From contig NC_086097.1 in NCBI RefSeq assembly GCF_963921235.1, positions 253,210,001 through 253,274,000 on the forward strand: a stretch of DNA of 64,000 nucleotides. Direction: 5' to 3'. The notes beneath the pieces were generated by a model. It searched no databases. It was not told where the DNA came from and saw nothing but the letters and a program-made list of their open reading frames with translations. The DNA is from Mobula hypostoma (taxonomy: Eukaryota). The position numbers and the translations under genes are program-made. Shown here piece after piece: positions 12,580-26,284 of this stretch. Within the stretch, counting starts at the first letter, position 1; every line of letters begins with the position of its first letter.

Positions 12580-13575
12580 TTTATTTATTTATTATTTTTT
12601 TTTTTTCTCTCTCTGCTAGATTATCTATTGCATTGAACTGCTGCTGCTGCTAAGTTAACAAATTTCACATCACATGCTGGTGATAATAAACCGGATTCTG
12701 ATTCTGAAATTCAAGCTAATCTACACCGAGTGTGTTGCAGGAAAGCAGCATCCATTATCAGGGACCCCAGCACCCAGATCCTGCTCCCCTCCACTGGTGC
12801 CATTGGGGAGAATGTACAGGAGCATCAGAACTCACACCACCAGATTCAGAAGCAACTATTACCCCTCAACCAGCAGGCACGTGAACTCCACTCTCCCTAT
12901 CAGTGAACTCTTCCCACAACCTATGGACTCACTTTCAATGACTCAATAATAATGTGTTAAACCATAAGACAAAGGAGCAGAAATCGGCCATTCGGCCCAT
13001 CGAGTCTGCTCCGCCATTTTATCATGAGCAATAATAATATTACTATTATTATTTGTTTTATTTCTTTCTTTTTAGATTTGTACATTTTTGTCTCTTGCAC
13101 ACTGGTTGTCCGCCTTTTTGGGTGCAGTCTTTAATTGCTTCCACTATGATTATTGGATTGATTGCGTATGCCCAAAAGAAAATAAATCTCAGTGTTGTAT
13201 ATGGTGACATATATGTATCTTGATAATAAGTTTACATTGAACTTTGAAGTTCGAGTTCATTGCCATTCAACTGTACACATGTATACCACCAAATGAAACA
13301 ACATTACTCTGGACCACAATGCACAACACAGTACATATAACTCACACACAACGCAAAGTAATATTGCCACAAATAAATTCATAAAATATATTCCAGAAGA
13401 TTGACATTCAGCATGAGGTGTATTTATTAAACAAATTAGGAAGTAAACAGTGGAACGCTACTGACCCTTCACATGTGATGAGACCTAATTGGTGTCTGGG
13501 AGTTCAGTAGTCTTACAGCTTGGGGGAAGAAACCGGTTCCCATCCTAACAGCCTTTGTCTTAATGCTACACTATC
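12580..13575. mobile_element. Cluster of Rex1-like LINE 3' fragments and tails on both strands
   Basis: (ATTCTG)n tail at about 12695; RTHTTRFRSNYYPST motif; minus-strand tail from about 13245. Confidence 0.7.
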
Positions 13576-14059
13576 TGCTATGGTACGATGACTCCAGCTG
13601 TGAATGTTTGTTAGTTTCTGATTAATTACACCAGCAATAACTTTGATAAAAGGACAACCAATGATTGAAAGCCCTGAGTTTAAATTACATTTACTACATG
13701 TCAGCTTCTGATTTTATTTGTCCAAACTCATGTTTCAAATTAAATTATAGTTTCCAGACAGTGTAGAGTTTCTGTCCAGACCACCTATTGGAATAAAGTG
13801 AACTTTAACAGATGCAGATTCCTGTCAATTTGGGTTGAAACTTTTGAGGAGCTACTAAAGCCACCAATAATGCAACAGGAATATATTCTTGGCTAGCAGG
13901 CGGCGGTGTCAAGAGAAAGCCAAAGATTCCTAAAATAGAGAGGAGGAGCTTGCTTAAATACCTGGCAAAACAGATTCCTCAAATGAGTTCTCCGACTGGA
14001 ATAGCTTGTCTCTTTTCTTGCCGTACTTTCCAGGCTATGTGTCAAGCCAAGAATCTGAA

Positions 14060-14430
14060 ACTGTCCATCATTAAAGACCCCCATCAGCAGGACATGCCCC
14101 CTTCTCATCAGGAAGAAGGTACAGGAGCCTGAAAACACACACTCAATGATTCAGGAACAGCTTCTTCCCCTCTGCCGTCAGATTTCTGAATGGACAACGA
14201 ACCCACAAACACTTCCTTTTTGCACTACTTAATTAATTTAACTATTGTGTGTGTGTGTGTGTGTGTGTATGTATATATATATATACACATACATACACAA
14301 TTACAATTATATATTATTGTAATTTATAGTTATTTGCATTATTATGTATTGCAAGTACTACTGCAACAAAACAACAAGTTTCCCCACATATGCCGGTGAT
14401 ATTAAACCTGATTCTGATTTGGATTCTGAG
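14060..14430 (+). mobile_element. Rex1-like LINE 3' end containing a (TG)n(TA)n microsatellite
   Basis: IIKDPHQ..RRYRSLKTHTQ*FRNSFFPSA motifs; tail aaacctgattctga. Confidence 0.75.
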
Positions 14431-14784
14431 GTCTCCAAAGTGGCTCTATGCATGTAAATGCCAGTGATATCTAATTGAGTTTATATCAGTGCGATCCCAG
14501 CTTCCCTCTCCAAGTGTGTACTGGTATCAGCCTCTCAGACATCCAGTTCCATCTGCTTTTGACATTTCGCTGCAGCTTGTGTTGATGTTTTCCAAGTTGT
14601 TCCCGTTTTCCCTTCAGCTGTTCTGTGGCCTTTTGGGGATTTTTGAAAGTACTCCAGGATTTTGCTTGGCGACTTCAGCTTCCTTTTTAAACAATTTTAC
14701 ACCCAACTTGTGACTGAAACGCCAAACCGTTGTTGATGGCACACCGGTCAGTCCCATGACTGTCCCGCACTGCCTTACCCTTCG

Positions 14785-15360
14785 GGATCTGCACAGGAAG
14801 ACTCTACAACGGGTCGTCAAAACTGTCCAACACATCACCGGCACCTGCCTATGCACCACGAAGGACATAGAAACAGAAAGGTGCTAGAAAAGAGCCAGTA
14901 CCATCACGAAGGATCCCCCCCCCCCAACTCTGCTCATGGACTGTTTGTCCCACTCCCATCAGGGTGGAGGCTACGTCCATGCCAGGATCACCAGACTCCA
15001 AAACAGTTACTTTCCCCAAGCAGTAAGGCTGATCAACACCTCCACCCACTAACCCACCCCTCCACACCCCCAACCACCACTACATGATCATTTATTGTCA
15101 GTCACCTTATGTACAGACACTCCTGTGCCTAGCGTCACTTTATGGACATAAAATCAATCTATGCATATAAGATATCTTATATGCATATATCTTATATCTT
15201 ATAATATATCTTATATTAATTGTAGTTTTTTAAATTATTATTGTGTTCTTTATCTTTTGTGGGGTTTTTTGTGCTGCATCTGATCCGGAGTAACAATTAC
15301 TTTGTTTTCCTTTACACTTGCGTACTGGAAATGATATTAAACAATCTTGAATCTTGAACC
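14785..15360 (+). mobile_element. Rex1-like LINE 3' fragment, paralogous to 5625-6228
   Basis: RKTLQRVVKTVQHITG motif; same tail and same unique 3' flank as the copy at 6228. Confidence 0.8.
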
Positions 15361-15579
15361 TTACAGGAACAGATTTCTGTTGGCTATCCATGCAATACAG
15401 GAAATTTTTCCAAGATTTATTTTTTTCTCTCTGCAAAGTTCTTCAATCTGAATATTTTGATTTATTTATATAGCTAAAAAAAAAGTTTCATATTATTTAC
15501 TTCCTGTGTCAATTCAGCTAAAGCAACAACATCCTGATTGGAGACAAAGTGTCTGCAGATGCCAAAAATCCGACATTTT

Positions 15580-15825
15580 TTCGGAGATACTACACGGTTA
15601 CAGTAAGACGGTAACGTCCTTCTGGTCCATTTAGCCCGCGCCACCCAATAAAACCCATGTGACCAATTAACCTTCTAACCAGTACATCTTTGGAATGAGG
15701 GAGAAAACTGCAGCACCCAGAGGAAACCCACACAGTTATGGGGAGACCGTACAAACACCTTACAGGCAGCAGTGGGATTTGAAGCCCAAGTTGCTGGTGC
15801 AGTGATAACTACACTACAATGTTGC
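15580..15825 (-). mobile_element. V-SINE (HE1-like)
   Basis: agcacccagaggaaacccacacagttatggggagaccgtacaaac core. Confidence 0.65.
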
Positions 15826-16357
15826 CCCTACAGGAATGGCTCCAGAAATAGAAACAACAAGTTCTGGTGCTGCTCAATGTGTCAGTCAGCAGCTGCAGGG
15901 AGTGTCTGTTTAATCATTGATAAACAAGTGTGCTTGGGGTGTACGGGGTGTTCAGGGAGGGGTAGTACCTCTGATGAAGGGGCTGGTCATGACCAATCTA
16001 GGGCAGCTCACTCACTTTTGTTTCCCACAGCTCTCACCTGTGGCTCCAAGTCACTGTTAGCATGCAACAGTGGCCACACCCCAATACACCGCTTTGGTGG
16101 GTGGGCTAAACCAGGTGAGGTCAGAGGCCTCACACCCCGGAGAGATGAGGTAATGCCTGTCCTGGCAAGTGAAGTCAGCTCCAGCCAACTGGACAGATGA
16201 GATTAACAGTGAGATCCAACAGCCAGGAAGGTGTTTCTCCGTGGAGAGTGAAGGGCATGACAAAGCACAGAAGAGGTCATGGTCATCCACTGCAGCCAAG
16301 GAAGATCCCAGTTGTACCACTGCACCCGGATGTCTGATGTTGAGAGAGTGGGATCGT

Positions 16358-16820
16358 AAGACCATAAACCATACAATATAGGAACAAAATTAGGCCATTT
16401 GGCCCATCGAGTCAGCTCCAGCATTTCATGATGGCTAATCCAATTTTCCTCTCAGCCCCAATCTCCTGCCTTCTCCCTGTATCCCTTCATGCTCTGCCCA
16501 ATCAAGAGTCTATCAACCTCTGTCTTAAATGGACATAAAGACTTGGCTTCCACAGCTGCCTGTGGCAAAGAATTCCACAGATTCACCGTTCTCTGGCTAA
16601 AGAAATTCCTCTTCATCTCTGTTCTAAAAGGACTCCCCTCTATTCTGAGCCTGTGTCCTCTGATCCTAGACTCTCCCACCATAGGAAACATCCACTCTAT
16701 CAAAGCCTTTCACCATTCGATAAATTTCAATGAGGTGACCCTTCATTCTTCTGAATTCTAGTGAATACAGGCCCAGGGCCATCAAACGCTCTTTATTTGA
16801 CAAGCCACTCAATCCTGGAA
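16358..16820 (-). mobile_element. CR1 3' end
   Basis: LGLYSLEFRRMKG and NFFSQRTVNLWNSLPQ motifs. Confidence 0.85.
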
Positions 16821-17534
16821 ATGCCCCAATGCAATGACTTTTCCACTTTAAAAACTCTCCGGGCAAGGTTTTCTGTCATCATTGGACATGATGGACAACC
16901 ACCACCACATACAAGTGTGTTTGAAGTTGCAGAGGAGAAGATATAGGATCGAGGATCAAAGATGATCTTTATTCATCATATAGATTTACATGTATCAGGA
17001 ATTTACTGTGGTGTGTTGGTCAGGGAGTAACATGTAACAAAAACAGCGACATTCAACAATTATAAAGAACAGAGAATTACATAAAAATAAACTTAGTGGT
17101 TAAAATATGGAATAAGTGTGCATAAATAAATAAATACATAAATAAGTACTGGCATATATTTACAACATAAACAGCTTTATAACAGTGGTGTAATAGATAG
17201 AGGGGTAGGGTTGGGCTAATGAGAATGGTTGGTCAGATTAACTGCCTGGGGGGAAGAAATTTGTAAAATGGTGTGAAGTTTTTGTTTTAGTAACGCTTCA
17301 GAGTCTCCCAAAAGTTTGGAAAAGGAGGTTTGTCTGGTGGGTAATGTCCACATTAGATTTGCGCGGGACAGAAAAATATATATTGAAGCTAGTCCCATCT
17401 CCCACCACTTGGTTCACACATCTTTAAAATCTTTTCATCCATTTACTTGACTATCGAATGTACCTTCCTCGTCCATTTGATCTGTCAACTCATTCCATCG
17501 ACTGTGTAAAGAAGTTACCCATTGAGTTCTTAAG

Positions 17535-17850
17535 AATCCAGATCAGAATCAGGTTTAATATCACCAATGTAAGTCATGAAATTTGTTGTTTTGCGACAAC
17601 AGTACATTGCAATACATAAATTATATTACTGTCTAATTTACAATAAGTAAATAAAAATTATACAAATAGAGCAAAAATAGTGAGGTAGTGTTCATGGGTT
17701 CATTGCCCATTCCGAAATCGGGTGGCAGAGGGGAAGAAGCTGTTACTGAAATGTTGAGTGTGAGTCTTGCAGCTCCTGTACCTCCTCCCTGATGGTAGCA
17801 ATGAGAAGAGGGCATGTCCTGGTCAGTGTTCTTAATGATGGATGCCACCT
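17535..17850 (-). mobile_element. Rex1-like LINE 3' end
   Basis: RKVASIIKN motif and an aaacctgattctga tail on the minus strand. Confidence 0.75.
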
Positions 17851-18027
17851 TTCTTATTAAACCATTCACCTCCCATCTTAAACCTATGCCATCTAGTTCT
17901 TGATCATCAGCTTTGGAAAACTGATGGCTCACACTACCTATGCCCCTCATGTTTTCATACAACTCTTTATGAGGCGCATCAACACTTCCAGAGCTGCCTA
18001 CAATGCAGAACCATATCAAACCCCTTA

Positions 18028-18331
18028 AAAGGCATCCGTTAGTCTTGGGAGACCATGGATCTGCACCTGAAAAGTCTTCACCCTCCAGGGAGCAGGCCTG
18101 GGCAAGATTGTATGGAAGACCAGCTGTTGCCCATGCTGCAAGTCTCCCCTCTCCACAACACTGATGTTTTCCAAGGGAAAGGCAAGGGCTGATAGAGCTT
18201 GGCACCAGTGTCGTCGCAGAGCAATGTGCGGTTAAGTGCCTTGCTCAAGGACACGACGTGCTGCCTCGGCTGGGGCTCGAACTCACGACCTTCAGATGGC
18301 TAGTCGAATGCCTTAACCACTTGGCCACGTG
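18028..18331 (-). mobile_element. tRNA-derived CORE-type SINE with an RTE-like 3' end
   Basis: Minus strand: A box TGGCCAAGTGG, B box GTTCGAGCC, CORE-like gtgtccttgagcaaggcacttaacc, and 3' ccatggtctcccaagactaacggatgcc. Confidence 0.7.
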
Positions 18332-18442
18332 TCCAATAACCCCTTAGAAAAATCCATATATTACATCTACCATCATCCCCTTATCAAACTTCCTCATCAA
18401 CAATAATAATAATAATAACTATTTATAGAGCACTTTTCACAC

Positions 18443-19336
18443 AAATGATGGGGTTTGAGTACAGAGAGGAAATTAAGAACCTGGTGGCATGGTGCGAAGA
18501 CAATAACCTATCCCTCAATGTCAGCAAGACCAAGGAATTGGTTGTTGACTTCAGAAGGAGTAACAGACCGCACGACCCAATTTGCATCGGTGGTGCACAA
18601 ATGGAACAGATCAAAAGCTTTAAGTTCCTCATGGTCAATATCACAATTGACCTGACTTGGTCCAACCAAGCAGAGTCCACTGCCAAGATTGCCCACCAGC
18701 GCCTTTACTTCCTGAGAAAACTAAAGAAATTTGGCCTGTCCCCTAAAATCTCACTAATTTTTATAGATGCACCGTAGAAAGTATTCTTCTAGGGTGCATC
18801 ACAACCTGGTATGGAAGCTGTCCTGTCCAAGACCGAAAGAAGCTGCAGAAGATCGTGAACACGGCGCAGCACATCACACAAACCAATCTTCCGTCCTTGG
18901 ACTCACTTTACACCGCATGTTGTCGGAGCAGTGCTGCCAGGGTAATCAAGGACACGACTCGCCCAGCCAACACACTTTTCGTCCCTCTTCCCTCTGGGAG
19001 AAGGTTCAGGAGCTTGAAGACTCGTACGGCCAGATTTGGGAACAGCTTCTTTCCAACTGTGATAAGACTGCTGAACAGATCATGACCCGGATCTGGGTCG
19101 TACTCTCCAAATTTCCGGACCTGCCTCTCGGATTTTTGCACTACCTTACTTTCCATTTTTCTATTTTCTGTCTATGATTAACAATTTAAATTTTTAATCT
19201 TTACTAATTTTTACTATTTTTAATATTTTAAATATTTAATATTTGTAAACCAGGGAGCGGGAAGCGCAGAACAAATATCGCTGTGATGATTGTACGTTCT
19301 AGTATCAATTGTTTGGCGACAATAAAGTATAAAGTA
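18443..19336 (+). mobile_element. Rex1/Babar-like LINE, RT C-terminus plus 3' UTR
   Basis: WCEDNNLSLNVSKTKELVVDFRR, QRLYFLRKLKKFG, LPSGRRFRSL motifs; aataaagtataaagta terminus. Confidence 0.9.
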
Positions 19337-19704
19337 CTTTACAATGGGACAAAAGTACAAACATGAAAATAAAATAAAATTAAAATAAACATGAAAATAA
19401 AGACAAAAAGATGTTAGCTAAAAGCAAGGTTAAATAAATATATTTTGAGCGATTCATCAAAAATCACAAATAAGTTTGTAAGGGATCTCTCACATACAAA
19501 ACTATTTTGGCTACCCCAATCAAACCTTGTCTTTCTAAATGTAAGTATATCTTATTAATTAGAATGTTTTCCAGCATCTTAGCTGCCACAGACATTGGAT
19601 AAGCCAGTCTATAAGTACCAGGTCCATCCTTGCAGCCCTTAAATGAAGGCACAACATTTCAGTCTTCCAACGTCTCACTGGAGGATAGTGATGGTGATAG
19701 TGAT

Positions 19705-20420
19705 ACTGATGGCAGGATACTTGGTAGTGTGGAGGAGCAGAGGGATCTGGGGGTACATGTCCACAGATCCCTGAAAGTTGTCTCACAGGTAGATAGGGTA
19801 GTTAAGAAAGCTTATGGAGTGTTAGCTTTCATAAGTCGAGGGATAGAGTTTAAGAGTTGCGAGTTAAAGACGCAGCTCTATAAAACTCTGGTTAGGCCAC
19901 ACTTGGAGTACTGTGTCCAGTTCTGGTTGCCTCACTATAGGAAGGATGTGGAAGCATTGGAAAGGGTACAGAGGAGATTTACCAGGATGCTGCCTGGTTT
20001 AGAGAGTATGCATATAATCAGAGATTAAGGGAGCTAGTGCTTTACTCTTTGGAGAGAAGGAGGATGAGAGGAGACATGATAGAGGTATACAGGATAATAA
20101 GAGGAATAGATAGAGTGGACAGCCAGCGCCTCTTCCCCAGGGCACCACTGCTCAATACAAGAGAACATGGCTTTAAGGTAAGGAGTGGGAAGTTCAAAGG
20201 GGGGTATTAGAGGAAGGTTCTTTACTCAGAGAGTGGTTGGAGTGTGGAATGCACTGCCTGAGTCAGTGGTGGAGGCAGATACACTCGTGAAGTTTAAGAG
20301 ACTACTAGACAGGTATATGGAGGAATTTAAGGTGGAGGGTTATATGGGAGGGTTTAAGGGTTGGCACAACATTGTGGGCTGAAGGGCCTGTACTGTGCTG
20401 TACTATTCTATGTTCTATAT
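19705..20420 (+). mobile_element. CR1 3' portion
   Basis: QRDLGVHVH, LYKTLVRPHLEYCVQFW and FFTQRVVGVWNALP motifs. Confidence 0.9.
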
Positions 20421-21044
20421 CTCAGTGTTGCTCCCACAATTTCTTCTCCACTTCCCATAGTGCTCTTGGATGTACCTTGTCCGGTCCTGAAGATCTGTCT
20501 ACCTTCAAATAACACCTCTTCCACTGTAGCATGGACTGTTCCCAGAACAACTCCACAATCTTTGCCAGGTGCCCATGGTGAAAACAGAGGAGAAACACTA
20601 AGTGTCAATTCTGCCAGTCTGCATCTCCAGTGACTCCAGTCTACACAGACCTTTAGTACTCAGCCAGGGATACCTAGTCATGTATAAAAATCACAAAGTG
20701 CAGGGATCCCAGACAGACCCATGCAAAGCCCCACTGGTCACTTACTCCCTGGCAGAATACATTCCACCTACCTCCACTCTCCGCCTTCTGTGGCAAGCCC
20801 TTTCTGAACCCATGCAACCACATTTTCCTGGAACCCATGACTCCTGACTTATTGAATAAGCCTACCATGGGGAACCTTATTAACCACCTTACTAAAATCC
20901 ATATACAACACAATTATTTATTTACAGGACAATTTACAATGACTAACTGTTTCACCTTTGGAATATGGCGATAGAGAGAGAGCTTTGGTATCTACCTGAA
21001 TCTAAAGCTGGTAATCAGAAACTGTCGAGTTCACTCTGAAGGTG

Positions 21045-21985
21045 AGATACAAAACTATTGTGGGCAGAATTTTGGATGGTGACGAGGAGGTGTACAAGAG
21101 TGATATAGATCAGCTGGTTGAGTGGTGTCACAGCAACAACCTTACCTCAACATCAGAAAGACCAAGGAATTGATTGTGGACTTCAGGAAGGGTAAGTTCA
21201 TAAGCCGGCAAGACATAGGAGCAGAATTAGGCCATTCAGCCCCTCTAGTCTGCTTCGCCATTCCATCATGGCTGATCACGGATCCCACTCAACCCCATAC
21301 ACCTGCCTTCTCGCCATATCCTTTGATGCCCTGACCAATCAGGAAACTATCAGCTTCTGCCTTAAATATACCCATGGATTTGGCCTGCACCGCAGTCTGT
21401 GGCAGAGAACTCCACTCTGGAACACACTCCAGTCTCCAGCGAGGGGACAGCGGTAGAAACGGAGAGCAACTTCAAGTTTCTAGGTGTCAGTATCTCTGAA
21501 GATCTATCCAGAGCCCAACGTAGTGATCCAATTGTAAGGAAGGGGTTGAGAAAGCTCTTACAAATTTCCACAGATATACCATGGAGAGCTTTCTAACTGG
21601 TTGCTTCAACGTCTGGTATGAAGGGGCCACTGCGGAGGAACAGAAAGAAGATGCAGAATGTTGACAGGTCCATCATGGGCACCAGCCTCCCCAGCATCCA
21701 GGACACCTTCAAAAGGCGATGCCTCAGAAAGGTGACATCAATCAATAAATACCTCCATCAGGCCGGACATATCCTCCTCTCATTGCTACTATCATGGAGC
21801 CTGAAGACACACACTCAACATTTCAGGAACAGCTTCTTCCCTTCCGCATCAGATTTCTGAATGGACAATGAACCCATTGAATGTTTAGTTTTTTTATTAT
21901 TCTGTACTGCAATGTGCTGCGGCTACTAAGCAGTAAATTTCACAACATAAGACAATGGTAGTAATCCTGATTCTGGTTCGGAATC
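21045..21985 (+). mobile_element. Rex1-like LINE fragment interrupted by a minus-strand CR1 3' end (about 21205-21410)
   Basis: LNIRKTKELIVDFRK | FKFLGVSISEDL...FRNSFFPSA. Confidence 0.8.
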
Positions 21986-22799
21986 TCATTCTGTGGGCAA
22001 GCCAGTTCTGAATCCACGTGGCCAGATTTCCCTGCATCCCATGCCTCCTGACTTTCTGAATAAGACTACTACGGAGAAACTTATCAAACAGATTACTAAA
22101 ATCCATATATATGCTTACCTTCATCAATGTCTCTGCCACAGTTGACACATTTCATAATGAGAGGATCTGAGACTGTGAGTGTGTTGCATCGGAACAATAA
22201 CGAGCTAGTCAGTGAGCTTTGGTGTCCACCTGAATCTAGGCAGCTACTGCTGAGCTCACTCTGAAGGTGAGATGATGGTTTTTCCACTGGGTTTGGGTGG
22301 GACTAGAACTAGAGGTCATGGGTTAAGGGTGAAAGATGAAATATTGAAGGGGAACACGAGGGGAAACTTCTTCACTCAGATGGTCAAGCTGCCACCAGGA
22401 GTGATACATGCGAGCTTGATTGCAATGTTTAAAAGAAGTCTGGACGGTCGGTACATGGATGATAGGGGCATGGGGGGCCATGGTCTCGGTGCAGGTCAAT
22501 GGGAGTAGGCTGTTTCAATGGTTTGGCATGGACTAGATGGGCCAAAGGGCCTGTTTTGGTGCTACACTTTTCTATGACTAAATAGTTCATGTAAAGCTTA
22601 AGTATAAGATATGCTGGCATTGAAGAGGGCCCAGAGGAGGTTCATGAGAATGATTCTGGAAATGAAAGGGTTAATGTATGAGGAGTGTTTGATGGCTCTG
22701 GGCCTGTACTCACAGGAGAACAGAAGAATGGGGGTGCGAGAAGATCTCATTGAATATTGAAGGTTCCAGAGAGAGTGAACATGGAGAGAATGTTTCCGA

Positions 22800-24330
22800 T
22801 TGTCCTGAAAGTATATTCCCTAGGACCTTGAGGGAAGTTCATGAGGAAATATTTCAAATGTTATTAGAAACGGGGATGGTCCAGAGGATTGGCGTATTGC
22901 TCATGTTGTTCCATTGTTTATAAAAGGGTTCTAAGAGTAAACTTAGCAATTATCGGCCGGTGAGTTTGATGTCAGTGGTAGGTAAATTGATGGAAAGTAT
23001 TCTTAGAGATGGTATATATAATTATCTGGAGAGACAGGGTCTGATTGGGAACAGTCAACATAGATTTGTGCATGGAAGGTCATGTTTGACCAATCTTATT
23101 GAATTTTTGAGAGGTTACTAGGAATGTTGACGAGGGTAAAGCGGTGGATGTTGTCGATATGGGCTTCAGTGAGGCCTTTGACAAGGTTCCACATGGAAGG
23201 TTAGTTAGGAAAGTTCAATCGTTAGGTATTAATATTGAAGTAGTAAAATGGATTCAGCAGTGGCTGGATGGGAGATGCCAGGACGTAGTGGTGGATAACT
23301 GTTTGTCAGATTGGAGGCTAGTGACTAGTGGTGTGCCTCAGGGATCTGTACTAGGTCCAATGTTGTTTGTCATATACATTAATGATCTGGATGATGGGGT
23401 GGTAAATTGGATGAGTAAGTATGCAGATAATACTAAGATAGGTGGAGTTGTGGATAGTGAAGCAGATTTTCAAAGCTTCCAGAGAGATTTAGGCCAGTTA
23501 GAAGAGTGGGCTGAAAGATGGCAGATGGAGTTTAATGCTACATTTTGGTAGGGCTAATCAAAATAGGACATACATGGTAAATGGTAGGGCATTGAAGAAT
23601 GCAGTAGAGCAGAAGGATCTAGGAATAATGGTGCATAGTTCCCTGAGGTGGAATCTCATGTGGATAGGGTGGTGAAGAAAGCTTTTGGTATGCTGGCCTT
23701 TATAAATCAGAGCATTGAGTATAGGAGTTGGGATGTAATGTTGAAATTGTACAAGGCATTGGTGAGGCCAAATTTGGAGTATTGTGTACAGTTCTGGTCA
23801 CCGAATTATAGGAAAGATGTCAATAAAATTGAGGGAGTACAGAGGAGATTTACTAGAATCTTGCCTGGGTTTCATCTCCTAAGTTACAGAGAAAGGTTAA
23901 ACAAGTTGGGTCCTTATTCTTTGGAGTGTAGAAGGTTGAGGGGGGACTTGATAGAGGTATTTAAAATCATGAGGGGGATTGATAGAGTTGACGTGGATAG
24001 GCTTTTTCCATTGAGAGTGGGGGAGATTCAAACAAGAGGACATGAGTTGAGAGTTAAAGGGCAAAAGTTTAGGGGTAACATGAGGGGGAACTTCTTTACT
24101 CAGAGAGTGGTAGCTGTGTGGATCGAGCTTCCAGCAGAAGTGGTTGAGGCAGGTTCGATGTTGTCGTTTAAAGTTAAATTGGATAGATATATGGACAGGA
24201 AAGGAATGGAGGGTTATGGACCGAGTGCAGGTTGGTGGGACTAGGTGAGAGTAAGAGTTCGGCACGGACTAGAAGGGCCGAGATGGCCTGTTTCCGAGCT
24301 GTAATTGTTATGTGGTTATGTGGTTATATA
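22800..24330 (+). mobile_element. CR1 LINE RT to 3' end, nested in another CR1 (22610-22800 and 24330-24630)
   Basis: AFDKVPH, SGVPQGSVLGP, YINDL, KYADNTK and LVRPNLEYCVQFW motifs; (TATGG)-type tail. Confidence 0.92.
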
Positions 24331-24807
24331 GTGGGGGAGTCTAGGCCCAGAGGGCACAGACTCAGAATGAAGGGATGTCCTTAGAACAGATATGCGGAGG
24401 AATTTCCTTCACCAGAGTGTGGTGAATCTGTGGAATTCATTGCCACGGACAACTGTGGAGGCCGGGTTATTGAGGTTGATCGGTTCTTCATTAGTCAGGG
24501 CATCAAATGTTACAGGGAGAAGGTAGAAGAATGGGGTTGAAAGGGATAATAAATACCCCATGATGAAATGAAAGAGCAGGCGCAATGGGCTGAATGGCCT
24601 CATTCTGCTCCTATGTCTTAAGGTCTTATGAGTGATTGGTCAGTTGATGAAGGAATTGCAATTAAGTAGTGGTTGACCTGTATTTGAACTTTATCTTAGT
24701 GAAAGGCACTCTTCGCTGGAGAAAACCAGCCCCACTCACAAACGTCTTTCAACTCCACACAAAAGCTCAATAAGACTGCATGGCAGAGTGAAAAGGAAAA
24801 ATCTTAC

Positions 24808-24886
24808 TGCTCTTTGTGACGGAACCACTCTGTTAGCTCGCTGTGTCTCACAGCTGAAGAGGGTATCTTAGCAAGGGAGATGGAGC
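24808..24886 (-). CDS. Candidate internal exon SISLAKIPSSAVRHSELTEWFRHKE (phase 1 to 2)
   Basis: Acceptor ttttgtttactcacactgttcatccgtggcag, donor gtaaga, one open frame, phase-compatible with 11011-11152. Confidence 0.3.
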
Positions 24887-25654
24887 CTGCCACGGATGAA
24901 CAGTGTGAGTAAACAAAATTCTCCTTAGTTGTTCACGAGCATCGCCTGCCTTCTGTGCATGTCTCACTGAATTGGTTCTTTTGTTTGCTACTTAACTGGT
25001 TCACTCTTACCAGACTGAGGGATAAGACCGAAAGCCAAGCTTTCCAATCCACCGGACAAACCAACTACCTGACCCTTGACTCCCACCCATTAACCCAGGT
25101 GCTGGTGGGTTTGAAACCTTTTAATCATTCCTGTTTTTGCTGACACAGCCATCTGTCTAATTAACTCAGCCTACTCTGCAATCTTCACTCTTTACTGTCG
25201 TTCAAACCCAGTATTTTGAAGTTCTGCACCCAAACATTAGCAGCACTCATTTAAAATATGGCCTTCATACCTTAGGCTGACCTCTGTATATTGATGACAG
25301 GCAGGTCAGGCTAATAGACATTTTAACAGCTCCACAGCAACAAATATTTCACAGGCTGAAGTGGAGAAAGAACTTCACCACTGTCTGGTATGGAAGGGAC
25401 GTTGAGGGCTGTAACCTCAGCCAGCTCCATCATGGGTACTCGTTTCCCCAGCATCCAGGATACCTTCAAAAGGCAATGCCTCAAAAAGGCAACATTCAGC
25501 ATTAAGGGCCCCTATCACCTGGAAAATACCTTCTTCTCTTTGCTGTCATCAGCGAGGAGGTACAGGAGCCTGAAGGCACACACTCAATGTTTCAGGAATA
25601 CCTTCTTCCCCTCCGCTACCAGATTTCTCAGTGGACAATGAACCCATGAATGAA

Positions 25655-26095
25655 CTTCCAACCTGATGGCATGGATATCGATTTCTCCAACTTCTGGTAG
25701 TAATTTCTTGCTTCCCACTTCCCCCTTCTTCATTTCCGCACTCTGTCCTCTTAGAGAGGTGACTTCACACGTGCCTGTCACCTCTCCCTGGGTTCCCTCC
25801 TCTTCCCTTTCTCCCATGGTCCACTCTCCACTCCTATCAGATTCCTTCTTCTTCAGCCCTTTACCTTTTCTACCTATCACCTCCCAGCTTCTTACTTCAC
25901 CCCCCCTCCCCCACCCACCTGCCTTCACCTATCACCTGCCAGCTTGTATCCTTCCTCTCCACCCACCTTCTCATTCTGGCATCTTCCTCCTTGGTTTCCA
26001 ATCCCGATGAAGGTACTTTGCCCAAGGCAACAAATATTTATTCATCTTCATAGATGCTGCCTGACCTGCTGAGTTCCTCCAGCATGTCGTATGTT
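25655..26095 (+). mobile_element. Penelope-like element 3' fragment with a degenerate hammerhead
   Basis: caacctgatggcatggatatcgatttctccaacttc matches 32525-32565; pyrimidine-rich tract; gatgctgcctgacctgctgagttcctccagca terminus. Confidence 0.75.
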
Positions 26096-26284
26096 GAAAC
26101 CTATTTATTTATTTAGAGTTAGAGTGTCGAATAGGCCGCACCAGCCCAATGAGCCACAGTGCCCAGCAACCCAGCCTAGGCTAATGGTAGGGTAGTTTAC
26201 AATGACCAATTAACCTGCTAACCAGTACGTCTGTGAACTGAGGGAGAAAATCTTCACAGTCACAGCAAAGGCCAACTTAGAGAG

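Noticed and set aside
11988..12653. Repeat-protein ORFs (MDGRY, IPPIH, IYLPS)
   Set aside because: All arise from one low-complexity minisatellite inside a CR1 tail.
18255..18331. tRNA gene
   Set aside because: A and B boxes are present but it runs into a SINE body and lacks a convincing acceptor stem.
25271..25355. Coding exon
   Set aside because: Good minus-strand splice sites but stops in all three frames.
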